Source: Trichoplax adhaerens (lineage: Eukaryota; Animalia; Placozoa). From it: a stretch of 64,000 nucleotides of DNA. Below, piece after piece: positions 35,601 to 49,765 of the stretch. Position numbers and translations under genes: made by a program. Numbering within the stretch: position 1 is the stretch's first letter; each line of letters starts with the position of its first letter. The stretch lies in contig NW_002060945.1 of assembly GCF_000150275.1 (NCBI RefSeq), positions 6,563,607 through 6,627,606 of the forward strand, written 5' to 3'. A model generated the notes under the pieces. The model was not told the origin of the DNA, ran no database searches, and saw nothing but the letters and a program-made list of their open reading frames with translations.

Positions 35601-37907
35601 TTATTAAGCGACAATTCATACCTAATGAAGTAAATCCTTCTAAACTGAGATTGATCGATCCTAAATGCCAACCAAGATTGAATCGGAGTTATATTGCCTT
35701 TTCTACATCTTTGCAGCAATGTGGCCATAAAGTGACAGAATCATCCGATAAAATTATCTATCATAATACTATACAGCAATGGAATGATCGAAAGGGGATT
35801 ATTGCTCGTGGTCAAGGATTTCAAATACAATTGCAATGCAGCTATAATAAACGTGCTAGGTTAGCTAATATTGCTATCGAGCCGGGCTTAACGATTAAAA
35901 CAATCCAAATCGGCCAAGGACGAGGCAATTTAACCTTTAAAATGGACATTTTCAATACAACAGATTACCAAAATCCAATTAATTCATCAGCGCCTATTGT
36001 TGTGGAATTACAGCAAGTTTTATATTTTGAAATTAAGATTATTCCACCGCAAAAAAATCTAATACTCTTTGTAGAACAATGCTTTGCAACGCCTGAGCCG
36101 ACACTAAATCAGTCGATTCGATATAATATTATTCAAAATGGGTATGCAGTTTATAGACTTATGTCTAATTAATTTATAATATTCATTTACGGTATAAAGC
36201 AATTGAAATTTCTGAATATATGGACAATAGCAATTTTTATCTAATTTCGCTACCTCTAGTATAGATCTGTATAGTGTAGTGCTGTGCATAAAGTATCAGC
36301 ATCAACTTTGAAAGATTTTTCTGCCTAACTTCAATTCAGAATAGATTCCTCCTATAGTTTGCTATGCTTGTTCCGCATTTTCATACGCAGTGTCAGCTTA
36401 TGGATAGTATTATTAGGAGCTTGCAAGCATCTACATAAATTATGATTACGCCAATAGCATACTTTACGATTTCTTTCTGCTAACTAGCATATTATCTGAC
36501 TGTTTATACGAGTATGATTTGATGTAGCAAATAAAACGGGCACTATTGCCTGTTTATGGATATTATTATCGTAATAAAGTCGGTGAGTATTCAGATTTTT
36601 ACCTTGCTTCCTTGCTAATTTATGATCATATTGTTCAATCGTGAGGAAAATTTTTTTATTTCTACTTGCTAAAACACAATCCTTTAATAGTTCATTGTGA
36701 AGTACCTGTATACGTAAATGTAATTGGAGACTTCTAAGAGGAAATCTTAAAATTTTCTGATACATTTTAACCTATCGCGTGCTCAAAAATGTTGATGGAT
36801 AAACTTTACAAATTGATATAGATGATTCTACTGATTATCTTGAAGATTTCCTTTCATAGATTCTACCGTAGTACGCTTATCTAGTATAGGTATTTATTAG
36901 AATGTTTATCTGATCATATTACTTTTTAACTCCTGACTACTTGTAGATGTGATATTGATACTACTATTCAACACTACGAATCACCATCTCCTTCTACCGC
37001 AAGATTTAGTCTTTATCCATTTCAGTTCATTGGTAATTACCGATTTGTCTTTTTCCACTGCCAAATTCTCTTATGCCATCGATTTTCATCCCAATCAAGA
37101 TGCTCACGTGGTTGTGTTATGGATCGGAGTAGCATTAGTAACAGAACAAAGAGAGATTTTAATTCAGATGTTTCCAAATCATTTCATGTCTTACAAGGTC
37201 CTTTCATACTGATCAACCCTCGTCAATCGAAATCATTACAAGCTAGAGGTAAATAAAGTAATTAGATGCACTTTACGCCGCCTACTTAAATAAATACTAC
37301 AATTTTATATCACTAAATAATAAAGTATAACTTAGAGCTATGTAAAGTTATTTCATGCATGTATCATGATTATGCCATTAGTACTGCCGTATCCAAGGCA
37401 TTCGTAGTAGTAACATGGCACAGCTAGTAATAGAGCATAAAATTGATACCTAGTGGAATCATTGTAGATTTAAGATGTTGTGTTATCCTATTCTATTAAT
37501 ATTCTAAATATGAGCTACGTTATCATTTCTTTAATTTTACGCATTATAATTATCTGGCATGAATAACAAATACTTATATGATCATCATTGATTATAGTAC
37601 GTGTAAGTATAATTGTAATGTTATCATGTATTTGTCTAGCTAACCATCTGCAATATTATGAATATCTTTTATAGAAATCAAAAATCAACATACTAATAAC
37701 AAAACAAATCATGACAGACCTCATAAATCTGGCATTCAACAAAGCAACAAGAAACCATTTCCAGTTACTGGCATCGATGATGATTGCTATCGTTACTGGA
37801 TAGTAGCTACTACTTCAGTTTGTTTTGCATTCTCCTGCATAATATTTTGTGTGGTACTGCTAGTTACTAAGGGATGTTCTAGTCGTTATTTTATTCCATC
37901 TTATTAA
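32671..37907 (+). CDS. Type I membrane protein: signal peptide, kringle, 8 EGF-like repeats, ZP domain, furin site, TM helix (OIT3/uromodulin-like architecture plus kringle)
   Basis: Signal peptide MKYLWSIFVILALSVTDASA; kringle CY..G..YHG..NTTKWGITCKPW..NYCRNPTGKIEGPWCFT..WQYCDVPRC. Exon 34173-35465 has eight CxxxNGxCxHxC..CxCxxGYxL..C type repeats, the last calcium-binding type (DVNEC). ZP exons are 35550-36141 and about 36947-37248 (ARFSLYPFQF..VFFHCQILLC..SRCSRGC, RTKR, VLQGPFIL). The last exon has the TM WIVATTSVCFAFSCIIFCVVLLV, stop at 37905-37907. Confidence 0.88.
33661..34204 (+). repeat. Diverged tandem duplication of an intron 3' end plus exon start (copies about 300 bp apart)
   Basis: 33661-33911 and 33977-34204 align throughout (taac(t/a)gtatgatataaag...catattttatat...atgatcta(c/t)ttccta...cagatttaaagagtaaagcaattaaattaaa). 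Confidence 0.85.
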
Positions 37908-38797
37908 AACCGATTTCATTGATCATTTCAATTAGCAGCTGCAATCATGTAGACTCTATTGCTGCAATAGAAAACTGATATATAGCTTAATAAAATTTAT
38001 TCTAATATCGGTATCAATTCGAAATTAATTTTGGCTATGCATTAAAAACAAGATTACCATTTTTTCATCGGATTATTCCAATAATGAATGTATTGCAAAA
38101 TATTTGAAATATGAAGATTTAAATATTTAATAGTTGAGCTCAGAAATATCGATTTTATATATGTTTCCCTTTATTTTGAAACGTAAAGATTGATTATAGA
38201 TTAAGATAAAAATTACGAAACGAATTAATAAACAAAACTTAGTGATAATAAGAATCAATTTAGGTTTAATAATCTAGTAACCTATTGTTATTTTTACTAT
38301 GACTGGAACTAAAATGAAAGGGTGATTCCATGTCATGGAAATAAGGCCAAAAACATGTATATTGATTTAAATCCGGATTTTGCATGTAAAATTATTCTAT
38401 TAAAGGCAAATCTTTATGATCGATTTCCTTACTACTTAATCAACTTTATTCAGATAGTTTACTTTAAGGTTTGCTCGATTTACCCGAATTACTACAATAA
38501 CTGAATAGCGTTTACATAATAACAATTTCAGCTATCCTTTTGTAACATCGGCATTTTCTTTTGCTATGCTTGATTCTGTGATTTTTGCGTGCATAGTAGC
38601 TGTCATGGAGCAATAACTTATCTTAGTATGCTTTATCAACAATGAACTCGAGTTATGGCTTCAAAGAAAGGAGATCAAGTCACTTTAAGGATAATTAATA
38701 GAAACAAATTATTATATTAAATATAATAATTACTAACAAGATGTAGCTAACTCATAAAACGTACAAAATATGTCCTAAGGTTCTTGAAGTACTGTGT

Positions 38798-41700
38798 TTA
38801 TTTCTTGGCTTGTTGGATTTCTTTTAACCAGCTATTAGTAATATAAGAAGTAGTATATCAGTAATACTAATTGCAAGTATAATTTAGTCTATTGATAATG
38901 TAGCTGTTAGACGCACTCTTCCTTAGCACTTTTTGACTCAGTCTCCAAATTGTAAGCCAGCTGTGGAGATGCCCTAGTGTTTACTATAACGAGCGTTCTT
39001 TTCTCTAAAACAATATCTCAGTTAGTTATTCCTCCAATAAACAAGTATTTCATATCTGAAAACAGCTTCAGGCAAAGATTTATCTTCTATTATAATATTA
39101 ATGTTTCATATAATATATATTTCATTGTAATTAAAATTATACAATCATTTGACTAACTCTCTTATTTTATGATATATCTCTGGTTAATTTCATACTATTC
39201 TGCAACATTATATCCATTAATTATGAGTATATGCTTCTCAAACAATGTGCTTCATTAAATGTTCTAAAACTCCCGTAATTATCGTGCTTTTGGAAAATGA
39301 AATAACTAATTCATAAGATGTCCTTATATAAAATATCTCGCTCTATTGGCAAAGCATTGATAGACTTAGATATATCTAACCTGTTTTACTGGCATGTGCA
39401 TTAATATCGACAAGCGGTATAATGGGAATTTGTAGACTCGATTGCTTTCGCTATAAGTAGTTCCATAATTTATTGTTTTTATCATAGAAATCGAATTAGT
39501 GCGTATTAAAAAATATTATAATATCGTTATTTAATAAAATTAATTAAAAACCTTTTGTTTCGTTGAATGGGGCTCAATTTCAGCCATATTTCCACATTTT
39601 AAATAATATTTATTGTCCTTAATTTCAAGAAGTACGATGTACTCTTCTAGAAGTAGCAGCTTCAAGTCTGCCATAGTTGTTAATGGTCATCGTTAGAGCA
39701 GATGTATAACTCCAATTTATGTAGTTGCAATAGTATCTTGGAAATAAAAACTCGCTATCTTGATGGCTCAGTTAACTTACGAATTTCTTCACCCTCTGGA
39801 GATTTAAACTTCACGTCATTAGAATGCAGTAACCGCTGTTTCATAAAGTCAATTGCCTAATAAATCGCAATATTAAATCTACATAAGATCTGAGATTGTA
39901 AGCCTATATTACCAAGACAATTTGATAACCAAAAACAGTAAATCAAACAAATGGCATATAAAAATACTTTATATTCCATTAATTGTGGGTCATTAGATTG
40001 ATCAATTGCTGATCGGTCCATATTATTAACAATGGAAATCAAAGTTTGATAGTTTTCTGCTTCCCGTATGCCGGAGTTTACAAACATAGATACTTCCTAA
40101 AAGGTGTAATAATTTTGAATAAGCAGTTTGGAATAGTTTTTCACTTGTAAACTAATACACTGGAATTAAGCTGCATTCTTGTAGCTCATTCTTAATATCT
40201 TACTGTCTACCTTAGAACATCCAAGAGCTTTGACCACACCTTCAAAATCTGGATCGTCGACTGTATTAATTGAGATGATGAAAAAGAATATATTTGATTT
40301 AAAAATTGTAACAAAGATAATTAATAATGCTTTCTTTATATTATTATCCTTAACGATTTCTAATAAAGATGAAAAAATCTTCTTACCTTGTGTGTACTTT
40401 GCGATTTGATCTAATAGCAGGGGATATCTCATTAGTCGTCGACACCCGGATGAAATTAAATCCTGAAAACTAGTGTGTTTGCAGAGTGGATGGCTCTCAC
40501 ATTCCTGATACAGATACAGTAAATTGAAGAGTGTTATTATTTGAATAGGATGAAGAAATCCAAAGATGTGATTTCATAACGGATAGATATATACCCTGAT
40601 AAATTTCTCTATCTTTGAATCCTTTAATTTTTCCTAATATGAAAGTTAAAAGCAAGATTTTTACGCATAAATTCGCATAAAAGTACTGTTCGATTTATAT
40701 TTATGTAGCATTATGCGATATTCCCTAAAATAATAATTACAATTTTTGTACTAATCTTAAAATATCTTTAATATGATACAGATGTCTGATAATCGATCAA
40801 AAAGTAAATATTTGTAAAACTTAAACTCTTCGTATGATGGCATGTTATTTGGATAGATCAGGAAAGCAAAGCTTGCAAATAACTGTGACGTTATAGGTTT
40901 GTATCTATTCCAATGATCTATTTCTGATTACTAATGGTACCTTAAATATTGCCAATGTCAGAGATTGATTGCTATAGCACACAACATAGGCTTCTTTAAG
41001 TTCATAACCTGGCTTACCACTGAACTGTTGCAATCGATTGATTGCCGTAAAATAAATTATGCAATATAATAAGCAACAAAGATTCACGTATTTTAAGCTC
41101 AATTTTGACGACGATTATACTCTTAATTTATCAGCTAATTTTAGATATCTATATGGTTTAGATACTGTGTTTAGTTGAAGCAACTCTGAAACCTTGTTTA
41201 TGATAACATCGCCTATAGATTCAACTATTTCAGATTCCGCTTGCCGCTTTTCCATAGCTGCGATGATAGATTCTGCAAACAAAAATACGCAACAGCAAGT
41301 TAGGCCAATGAAATAATTACTTTTAGCCGGCAAAACGATGTGCATATTCGAGCTGGATGCTTACTATGTATTTTTATAAGATCCAATAAGTTTGGAAATA
41401 GCTCATAGATGAAGTTCATATCGAATAAGCGGCTACGAATAAATGGTTTGTAAAATAGCTGCATGCAAAAAGGTAGTAATAGTCCGGATTAGTGAGTCAA
41501 TTTCAGATATTTCTGGTAAGGGAGTCACCATAAATATAATCATAATAACTATGTATGAAATTAGCTTAATAATTCGAAATGCCTCGTAAATTACATAGTA
41601 AGCGGCTAAACAGTAGCTACTATTTACGTAACTTTACTAGCCTGTTTGCATAATCGAAAGAAAATGTATCTCCAAAACAGAAATAAATCGACTGAAAAGA

Positions 41701-44700
41701 GATTAACTACCATCTGATTAACACTAAATTATAGCTTTGACTTATAAAATTATAGTTCCTGATAATAGTCAAGGTAATTGTGAAATTCTTTAAGTAAAAA
41801 AGGATATTTTGTATTAATGGTATTTAGTAGATACCTTTCTCAAAACCTTGAGGCTCTTCAGATGAAGTTTTTCAGTATGAATTAATTCTATTTAATAAGA
41901 GATTAAAGTATTCATCCTGCATAAGAAACTATTGCAACCATTTGAAAACATTATCGTGTTTACATACCGAGTATAACCTTTTGTCTCTTAGTTTCCAGAT
42001 CGTTATTTATTATTAGCTCTGCCATCTAAATATCACATGTGACAGTAATTTTTAATAAGTACTTAACAAGAATATTCAGATTCCAAGATTGCTGTACCTC
42101 TTTACTAACTACGGTTTCCCAATCGGGTACTTCTGCAGGTATTGCTAAGTCAGGATCATCATCCTCTGTTAATAATAAAAAATTAAGCTTTAAATATTCC
42201 TTACGTTATCATTAGCTTTATTTTGTAGAGCTGCTGCCTATACTCTTCAGGCCGATCATCTTACCGTCATCTGATAAAGCAAGATCATTTTCGCTATTTT
42301 CGGTTGGCATAGGCCTAAGGTAAAAATTTACATTTAACGTATGAATGATACAGTAATGGCTACGTATCACAAATATTTAATTTATGATATTGTATCTGCA
42401 AATAACATATATAGAGAAACCACAATAGTGCATTTAAATAGAATATACTCAAGTAGATTTAACTTCCAGTTCTACATACTTGTTATTTTAAAATGATCGT
42501 AAATTAAATCGTAATAAATTTTAACATTAATTATTATAATCTATTAATTGTAGGGATCTGTATTAAAATTAAAAATAAAGATATTACTAAATTAAAAATG
42601 CACCCTATAACTTATAATGTATAGTAATACAGTACAATTAGCTAGCATATTCCAAACTTATATTAACCCTAAATAAATTCTATTATCATATATCAATTTA
42701 AATTACTTATAGCTCAAAGTTGCTACTGTACTAGGTATCGCAGTGTTATTAAACTATTTAAAACTGCACCGTTGTTTCATGCATAAAAAGTAAACAGAAA
42801 AAATTTATATATTTTGTAAATACCTTGTTCGAAGATTAGCTGTAATCTAAAATTATTAAAGAATGGCATAAGACTAACATTAATCCAGGCTTGAAATGCA
42901 ATATTTTAATCTAGGTAACTGTATATTTGTTTATAATACTCCATAGCATCACCTTTCTTATTCTTGCTTCATCTTCAGTGACTAGATTTAAAAGTAGCAG
43001 TTTTTATGTAAGTATTATTATGATAAGTATAAGAAGCAGAAATTTATTATTGTAAAAAAGATTATATTACTGTAAGGAGTAACAAAGTAATTTTTACTAA
43101 CTTGTGCCAGTAGCATCAGTATTCTGATTTCTGAATTGTAATTTTTTCCTAGCTACTTGAGAGATAGCTAATTCTTCCTGTCGACGGCTTTCAAAATTTC
43201 GAGCTAAATTAAAATAGAGAAGAATTCGGTGAAATTAGCTAATTAAATAAGTATTAAAAAATACTTTTCATTTTGCTACCATGGGCAAGATTATACCGAT
43301 AAATAGGTATATATGTTATATATATACTGTCACCGTAAAGATAAATATGACTATTCATTAATGTTTGCTCTACAAACATTCAGAATGTTGCTAAATAGAA
43401 TTTCCGGAATTTATATCTTGTTAAGTATTGTAGCAGGATTTATAACATGTTCTTAAACCATGTAGAATGAGAATTTATGACTAAACGAAATCATCAATTT
43501 CAGATAAAGGAATAGATAGTCTGATCGTCAATAAACGAGGCTCATCAGCTAAGATACAGGGTGAGGATTTTACTTTCCAATAATTATGATCGGTTTATCT
43601 ATTTTATGCATATCATATTTTCTAATTGATGCCTACTAAATTCAGCTACCCATCAATCTCATTGATTAAAATAAAATATTGATTACTAGCATTGCGGTTA
43701 GATTACATGTAACTTAATGAATGGAGGAATGGCTTTCATGTTAAACTAGATTATAGAAGGGGTAGTGCATTCCAACCTATTGAAGCACAGATTACAGCAA
43801 TCTGAGGTATTTAAGAAGCTGATATGAATTTATGAGAGAAATCTACATTAAATATACCATCGCTGCTTTGTTTATCCGCAGTATTGCCGCTGAAATTCCA
43901 CCATGATGTGCGCTTGTTACTGGCAGTTTTTATGGGCTTTCGCGCGCTACTACCTTGGCAACTGTACAAAAGGCTCTTGGCACAAGCAGATATATGGACA
44001 TTGAAGCCACATGCTGATAAATGAAGAATAAGAATAAGGTTGAAAACCAGTAACAGTTTTATTCTATTTGATTGATGTTGTATAAATAGAAAGGAAATTT
44101 GGCAATCTTTTAATATTAAATCAATTAAATTTGTATAATTATCACACATACGAGTTACTTTTGAATGTAATATGCTACCATAAAAATTGATATTATTAAG
44201 GTAAGATTTTTAACTCTTATTAGGCCGTTTTTTAACCTTGACAATGATAGGCGTTCTTTCCGATACCCCATATAACGCGGTTACATTGGCCACAATATTT
44301 TATTGTGGTAAAGGCTTGCGGCTGAAAACGGTGTCCTTTAATAAAGCATTCCTATGAATCGAAGTTGGACAATAGTCACCGCTAGTGATTTCATATATCT
44401 GTATGTTATAGATTTACCTAAGGTATTTATATAATATCATAAACTGATAAATGAGTTTTTGTTTCTACTTCATGTAATATCAATTTTGGAATATCATATA
44501 CCCAGTGATATATTAATTGCCAATTACAGCACGCTATCTAACAATCATAAATAAACATAATATGTACAATTATTATCAAACTTACTTCATTTGGTCCAGT
44601 TCCTGATCTATCTTTTTGAAGGAATGCAGGACATCTTCCTAAGGCACTATTAGCAGACTTGAAAATATCCGGTAAAATACTAAGTAATGATGGATTGATT

Positions 44701-47700
44701 TTGGATAATGATATTTACAGTATGCTGTGGTTGATAATGTGATTCTTTGATGTAATCTTATAGCGCAAGATGTAAAGTATGATTAGTGGATGAGATGTCA
44801 CTTGTTTTTATACACTATCGGCTATAAATATTATTACGGAACGTTAAGAATAATCGACTCATGACTGCCTACACAGTGATCGGCTTGATAAAGTATTAAA
44901 TCTTAAACTAAACAAGTAGGTAAACAGTAACCCACTTGTCAAGTTAATTATATTTTATCTAGATCATTATAGCCAGCAAAGACTTTCATGAAATTGAGAT
45001 AGTTGTTTCAAAAATATAAGCTTACTGCTGGTTCATAGTCAAGAAATCTCAAGAAAGTGGCAATAGAGGATGCAATGACAGACCTGTTTTATCGTATGGT
45101 ACAAAAGAAGAAATATAACAGTCAATGTAATATTGAGTTCTGTAGTAATAGGATATTTTCTCCATTAATAATTCAATGGTATTAAATAAATAGTTTGATG
45201 TATTAATTTTTAATATATACTTCCTTTACAATAGCAAGATTATCTATTTATTATTAATCAAATTCATATTATGACTTCATATAACTTACTGCACATCCAA
45301 AGTTGATTGAGAAACCTGTCTAAAGGCTTCAATATCTTCCCTAAGATTAAATGATACAAGTTGCATTGAATATTAAAATTGATTTAATGCATCTATCATG
45401 TTGATTAGGAGGTGAAAATATCATACATTAAGCGATTTAGTTGCGGCGTTAGAATGCCTTCAGCTGCTTTTATATCATCTGATTTGCTTTTATCAACTTC
45501 ATTAGATCCATAAATTAATTAATAAGGTATAGTTAGAAATTATTTCCTGGATAATCACTTTAAACTTATTCATTATCTCTTAGAAATATATTAGATCTGG
45601 CCTGGAAAATTTTATTTCCATTATTACTTAGATTAGGTCTCGTTTTCTTATATTCTGTAAACTTTTCCATAACTACACTCTTAGCAGGTTCCCTACAGAT
45701 GAAGAAATTGAAGCACGGTTAGAGGAAATTTTATATAAATGGTATTTATATTATAATTTAATTAAGAGCTTAACCGAAAATACTTTTAAACTTAAACCTT
45801 ACACACGATTATTTTATGTAATTATTAAAACTATTATACCTGGCAGCCAAGAATATGTTGGAAAACACTTGATCATCCCTGATGCTTTCGTTTTGTATTA
45901 CATTGACTACGAGTATAAGATACGTTACTTTGATCAGTTTTTTATTATTTTTTATAATAGTAACAGTATTTGGTTAATAAAAGATTCCTAATGGCGGAAA
46001 TATTCTTAGCATTTTATTGGTATGTTAGTTTGCGATATTAAACTAACCAATATTGTATATGATCTGCGGCTCCACCGATATTTCTAAAGGCTAAAATCAT
46101 ATGGTGGCATTTTATTGACAAAGAATCCATAAAAGTAAACATTTTTCTAACATGAAAAGGACGTACTGCGGTAGGAACGAGGAAGGCAGTAGAAATTTCA
46201 TACAGCCATCTTTTTTTATCCTTCACTTTACCGGGCTTTTGGCGATAAGCTTCACTCATTAACAAGAATAGCTGTAGACAGAAATATGAAAATATTAAGT
46301 AATGCTTCAATATCTAATCGGACTTCAGTCCATTATCATATTGAGATTGGCCTACCCAAAGCTATGCATATACTTACCAGTGCGTTTGGTTTTTCATTCG
46401 CGATTAAGTACCGTAAGAAAGCAGCTGTCTTTTCTGCAGGAAAAAAAATTAGATTTAAATTCTACTTTCGTGTATACATTACTAGCATATTATAAGAAAT
46501 ATTGACTAACATATCTTGTGCAGCTTATGGGTAATGAATATATCTCAGCTGTAGCTTAAGTTTGTACAGTAACTATCGATATAAATAATTACCTGACTTG
46601 GGCTTTAGCAAACTAGAACAATCAATCGTTGTATCATCACGCTCTGCCAATGTTAACGTTACCTGATTTGCCGCTGTGTGAAATATATAATTTTAAGTAG
46701 GTTACATGTAGCTAACAATGGTAGAATAATATAATCTATCTAACAAAAATATCTCTATAATTACAGTACTTTCATTATACCTTTCATCATATCAGTAACC
46801 GTTTCGTGACTGGCCGCAATCACGAGTTTTCCATCAACCTAGTTGCATCAAATAAAATAAAATTCATTGCACGTCTGTCATATTCAGTAGATTATTGATC
46901 ACAATTCATAATTTACCAGTACAGTGTTAATGATTTACAGTTAGTTTAAAAATAAATTTAACCAAATATTAATTCTTAAATGTTAATAACAGTCATTTAA
47001 CGTTATATATCAATGATGTGTAAGATGGTTTAGACATACAGCCATAAGACTTCATAAATTTCAGAATTTTATAAATCCCGAAACGATGATTTAAAATAGT
47101 ATTTATCACTACACTAAGATTACCTTTATAATCATATCTCCAGCTTTAAGGCCTGCAATATCTGCAGGACATCCTATAAAAAAGTTGGGGCATAGTCAAA
47201 CATAATCATGGCTACACAATTGCTGCGGACAGATTTCCATAAATTTGATATTTACGAATTATAGGGCAATTATAATGTAAAATAGAGCTGCAACCATCAC
47301 ATTGCTATAGGTTATCTGGTACTGAGTGATATGATTAGCGAATTACTTAATTGGAAAATAGAGCAACTGTTTGATTTTAATAATTAACCAGTGATCATAT
47401 GAGGTTGCTGTTCCATTGCTAGAGTACAATATGCACAATTTACTAGTATATCACTGTGCTATTTAATAAATATCAGTTTTCTAAAGTCTCGAACATTTTT
47501 AAATATGATCATCAAAGACCACTAAATCTTTAAAGTAAATGCATTTCTAATTAACATATCAGATGTACCGAGAAGCTTTCATTTTTACCTTTACGAACTG
47601 CTTTAATCGAAACTGGATTATGTCCGGTTATACTAACGCCGTATTTATTGTTTTTATCTCGACAGACAACAATTATTTTCTGCCGTACATCAGAATCATC

Positions 47701-48455
47701 GTTCCTATATAAATTTAAAATAACAAAAAAGTAAATGAATTCAGATTTGCTTTGGGACTATATATTCTATTACTAATTCCTAATATCTACATACAAAATG
47801 CTATTCTATTAAGCTGATCATAACTAAATCAGTAAAAATTGAAAATTTATTATAATCGCTGATTAAAGGAGTAAGCTGTTGTATAACTTCTCATATCTTC
47901 GATTGGCAATGTTGTATAAAATTCTCATACCACCTTGTTGGTGGCCTTAATAGAAGCTTTGTGTTTAATAGGTCATAAGTTGATTGATGTAGTTAATATT
48001 TATCACAAGCTTATCCGTTTCATCTTTAAATACGTCTTAAGATTCACTAATTAAGCGAACGTTATATGCAGAGTTTAAGAAGAATATTTGATAATAGTTA
48101 TATCTTGAAGAACGTCATTTTATAACTATCGTACTACTGTTTCAGCTGCAGATGAAAACTACCAGTTATATTATAACGGAAATTCTCTGAAGGCTTCCTC
48201 AAAGCTAATAAGACAGATATACATCAATACTGTTAAAAATCTTCTTAGAGATGCCGTAAACAACTGATGGAGAATCAAAATGATCGGTTTAAATATTATT
48301 ATTGATAATTTGCATCGTTTTCATCTAAAAACTCTAGAACTACTTGCTGCGTCGTATGCTAACCATAACTTAAAACGTGGATTATAAAGAAGACTCAACG
48401 TTTATTTCACTAAACGAGTTTTAACTTACTTATTGATGGGTTTGAGCGTATCCAT
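38798..48455 (-). CDS. ARHGEF12: RGS-RhoGEF with PDZ-RGS(-like)-C1-DH-PH architecture (ARHGEF11/ARHGEF12, DRhoGEF2-like), many exons
   Basis: ATG at 48455 gives MDTLKPINK, then PDZ (IIVVCRDKNNKYGVSITGHNPVSIKAVRK|GCPADIAGLKAGDMIIK|VDGKLV..HETVTDMMK). RGS-like: AAFLRYLI..LFLLMSEAYRQ..WLYEISTAFLVPTA. C1: GHRFQPQAFTTIKYCGQCNRVIWGIGKNAYHCQ|ACGFNVHISAC..C. DH: KRQKVIL|ELIHTEKLHLKSLKVL..LFPNL..RRLMRYPLLLDQIAKYT..FVN. PH ends WLKEIQQAKK, stop at 38798-38800. Orthology is to the ARHGEF1/11/12 group as a whole. Confidence 0.87.
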
Positions 48456-49427
48456 TTCAATCACACACTATGAAAGCAAAAAGGTGAATAATCGATAGTT
48501 AAACAAGATATTAGTTTTAATTTTACAAAACTTGATCGTATAGACAGTAACAATTGTATCCAATTTTATGGTAGCTATTGATAGTCCATGGCTAACTGTG
48601 TTACATGTTTATAGGATAAATGAGTTAAGTCTAGTTATTGTACTAAAAAGATTGGGGTGTTTAATCGATTATATCCTTATTTACTAAAATTCGACCACAT
48701 AACAGACCTTAAACCAAAACAGTTTAATTAAACTACTTAACATTGAAGCTTTATCGATACTTTTGCTTACCTAACGATCAGATTGGTCTATAAAATGATT
48801 ATTGCAACTATTTGAAGTATTGTTCAATTTTGAGATAGGCGTCGACACTCTGCGTGCCAATGCGAAATAAGACTGTATGCTTGCTTTAGCTAACAGAAAA
48901 GAAGTGTCTTGAACTTCTAGTTATGCAGTATGGCAGCAAGATTACTCTGGTAGTCAGAGCTACTAATATTTTCCATACATGTGTACCCCAATTCCAAGTT
49001 CAAACCATATAGTGCCATACAAACTAATCTATTGTCTCAATTCTCATTTTAAACAAAAGCATAATTTACATCTCTATAATTATAGTAAGTATAGGATTAG
49101 ATAATGACAAGGAGACAATGATAAGTTACGCTATCAGGACATAATGACGTAGGTAGTCATTAGTATTTTAGTACAGTATCGAATCCCTATCGAATTAGTC
49201 AGTCTAGAGCTACATGACTGCGATGCTGATCGGCGGATTCAGATAGTTACGCGTTTTGAGTACGTTGCAGCATCGTTTTAATGAGCAAGGCAATTACTAT
49301 ATTTAATGTAAAGTTTTCATATTATAATAGATTAGCCACTGTTATATTAAAAAACATAGACTATAATTACTGTACGAATATACTGTAGAACGGAATCAGC
49401 TATTGAATGATGTACCAAAAATACCAT

Positions 49428-49765
49428 CAGCCTTGGATTGGCAGCATTGTTTGAATGAATAAAGTAATTGCATTCATTTTTTAAAGTCTTTACATTGTAG
49501 CAAATTAGCTGCTGTTACATTGGAAATATAGCTTATGAATATAGAAAGGACCAGTTATTAAATTATGCGCACAAAAAGTTACTCACCAGCCTTGGATTGG
49601 AAGCATTGTTTCAATGTATAAAGTAATTGCATTATTTTTTAAAGGCCTTTATATTATAACAGATTAGCTGCTGCTATATTAGAAATATATTTTATGAATA
49701 TAGAACGGGATCGCTTATTAAATTATGCGTTACAAAAACTTATCTAACAGCCTTCAATTGATAGC
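49428..49765. repeat. Tandem repeat, unit ~159 bp, two copies plus the start of a third
   Basis: cagccttggattgg(c/a)agcattgttt..aaagtaattgcatt..ttagctgctg..atgaatatagaa..ttattaaattatgcg at 49428 and 49587; cagccttcaattg at 49748. Confidence 0.85.

Noticed and set aside
21401-48455. Conserved microsynteny with human (ARHGEF12 near TECTA; ARHGEF11 and MTMR11 on 1q)
   Set aside because: ZP orthology is unestablished and the human genes are not adjacent; this needs a formal synteny analysis.
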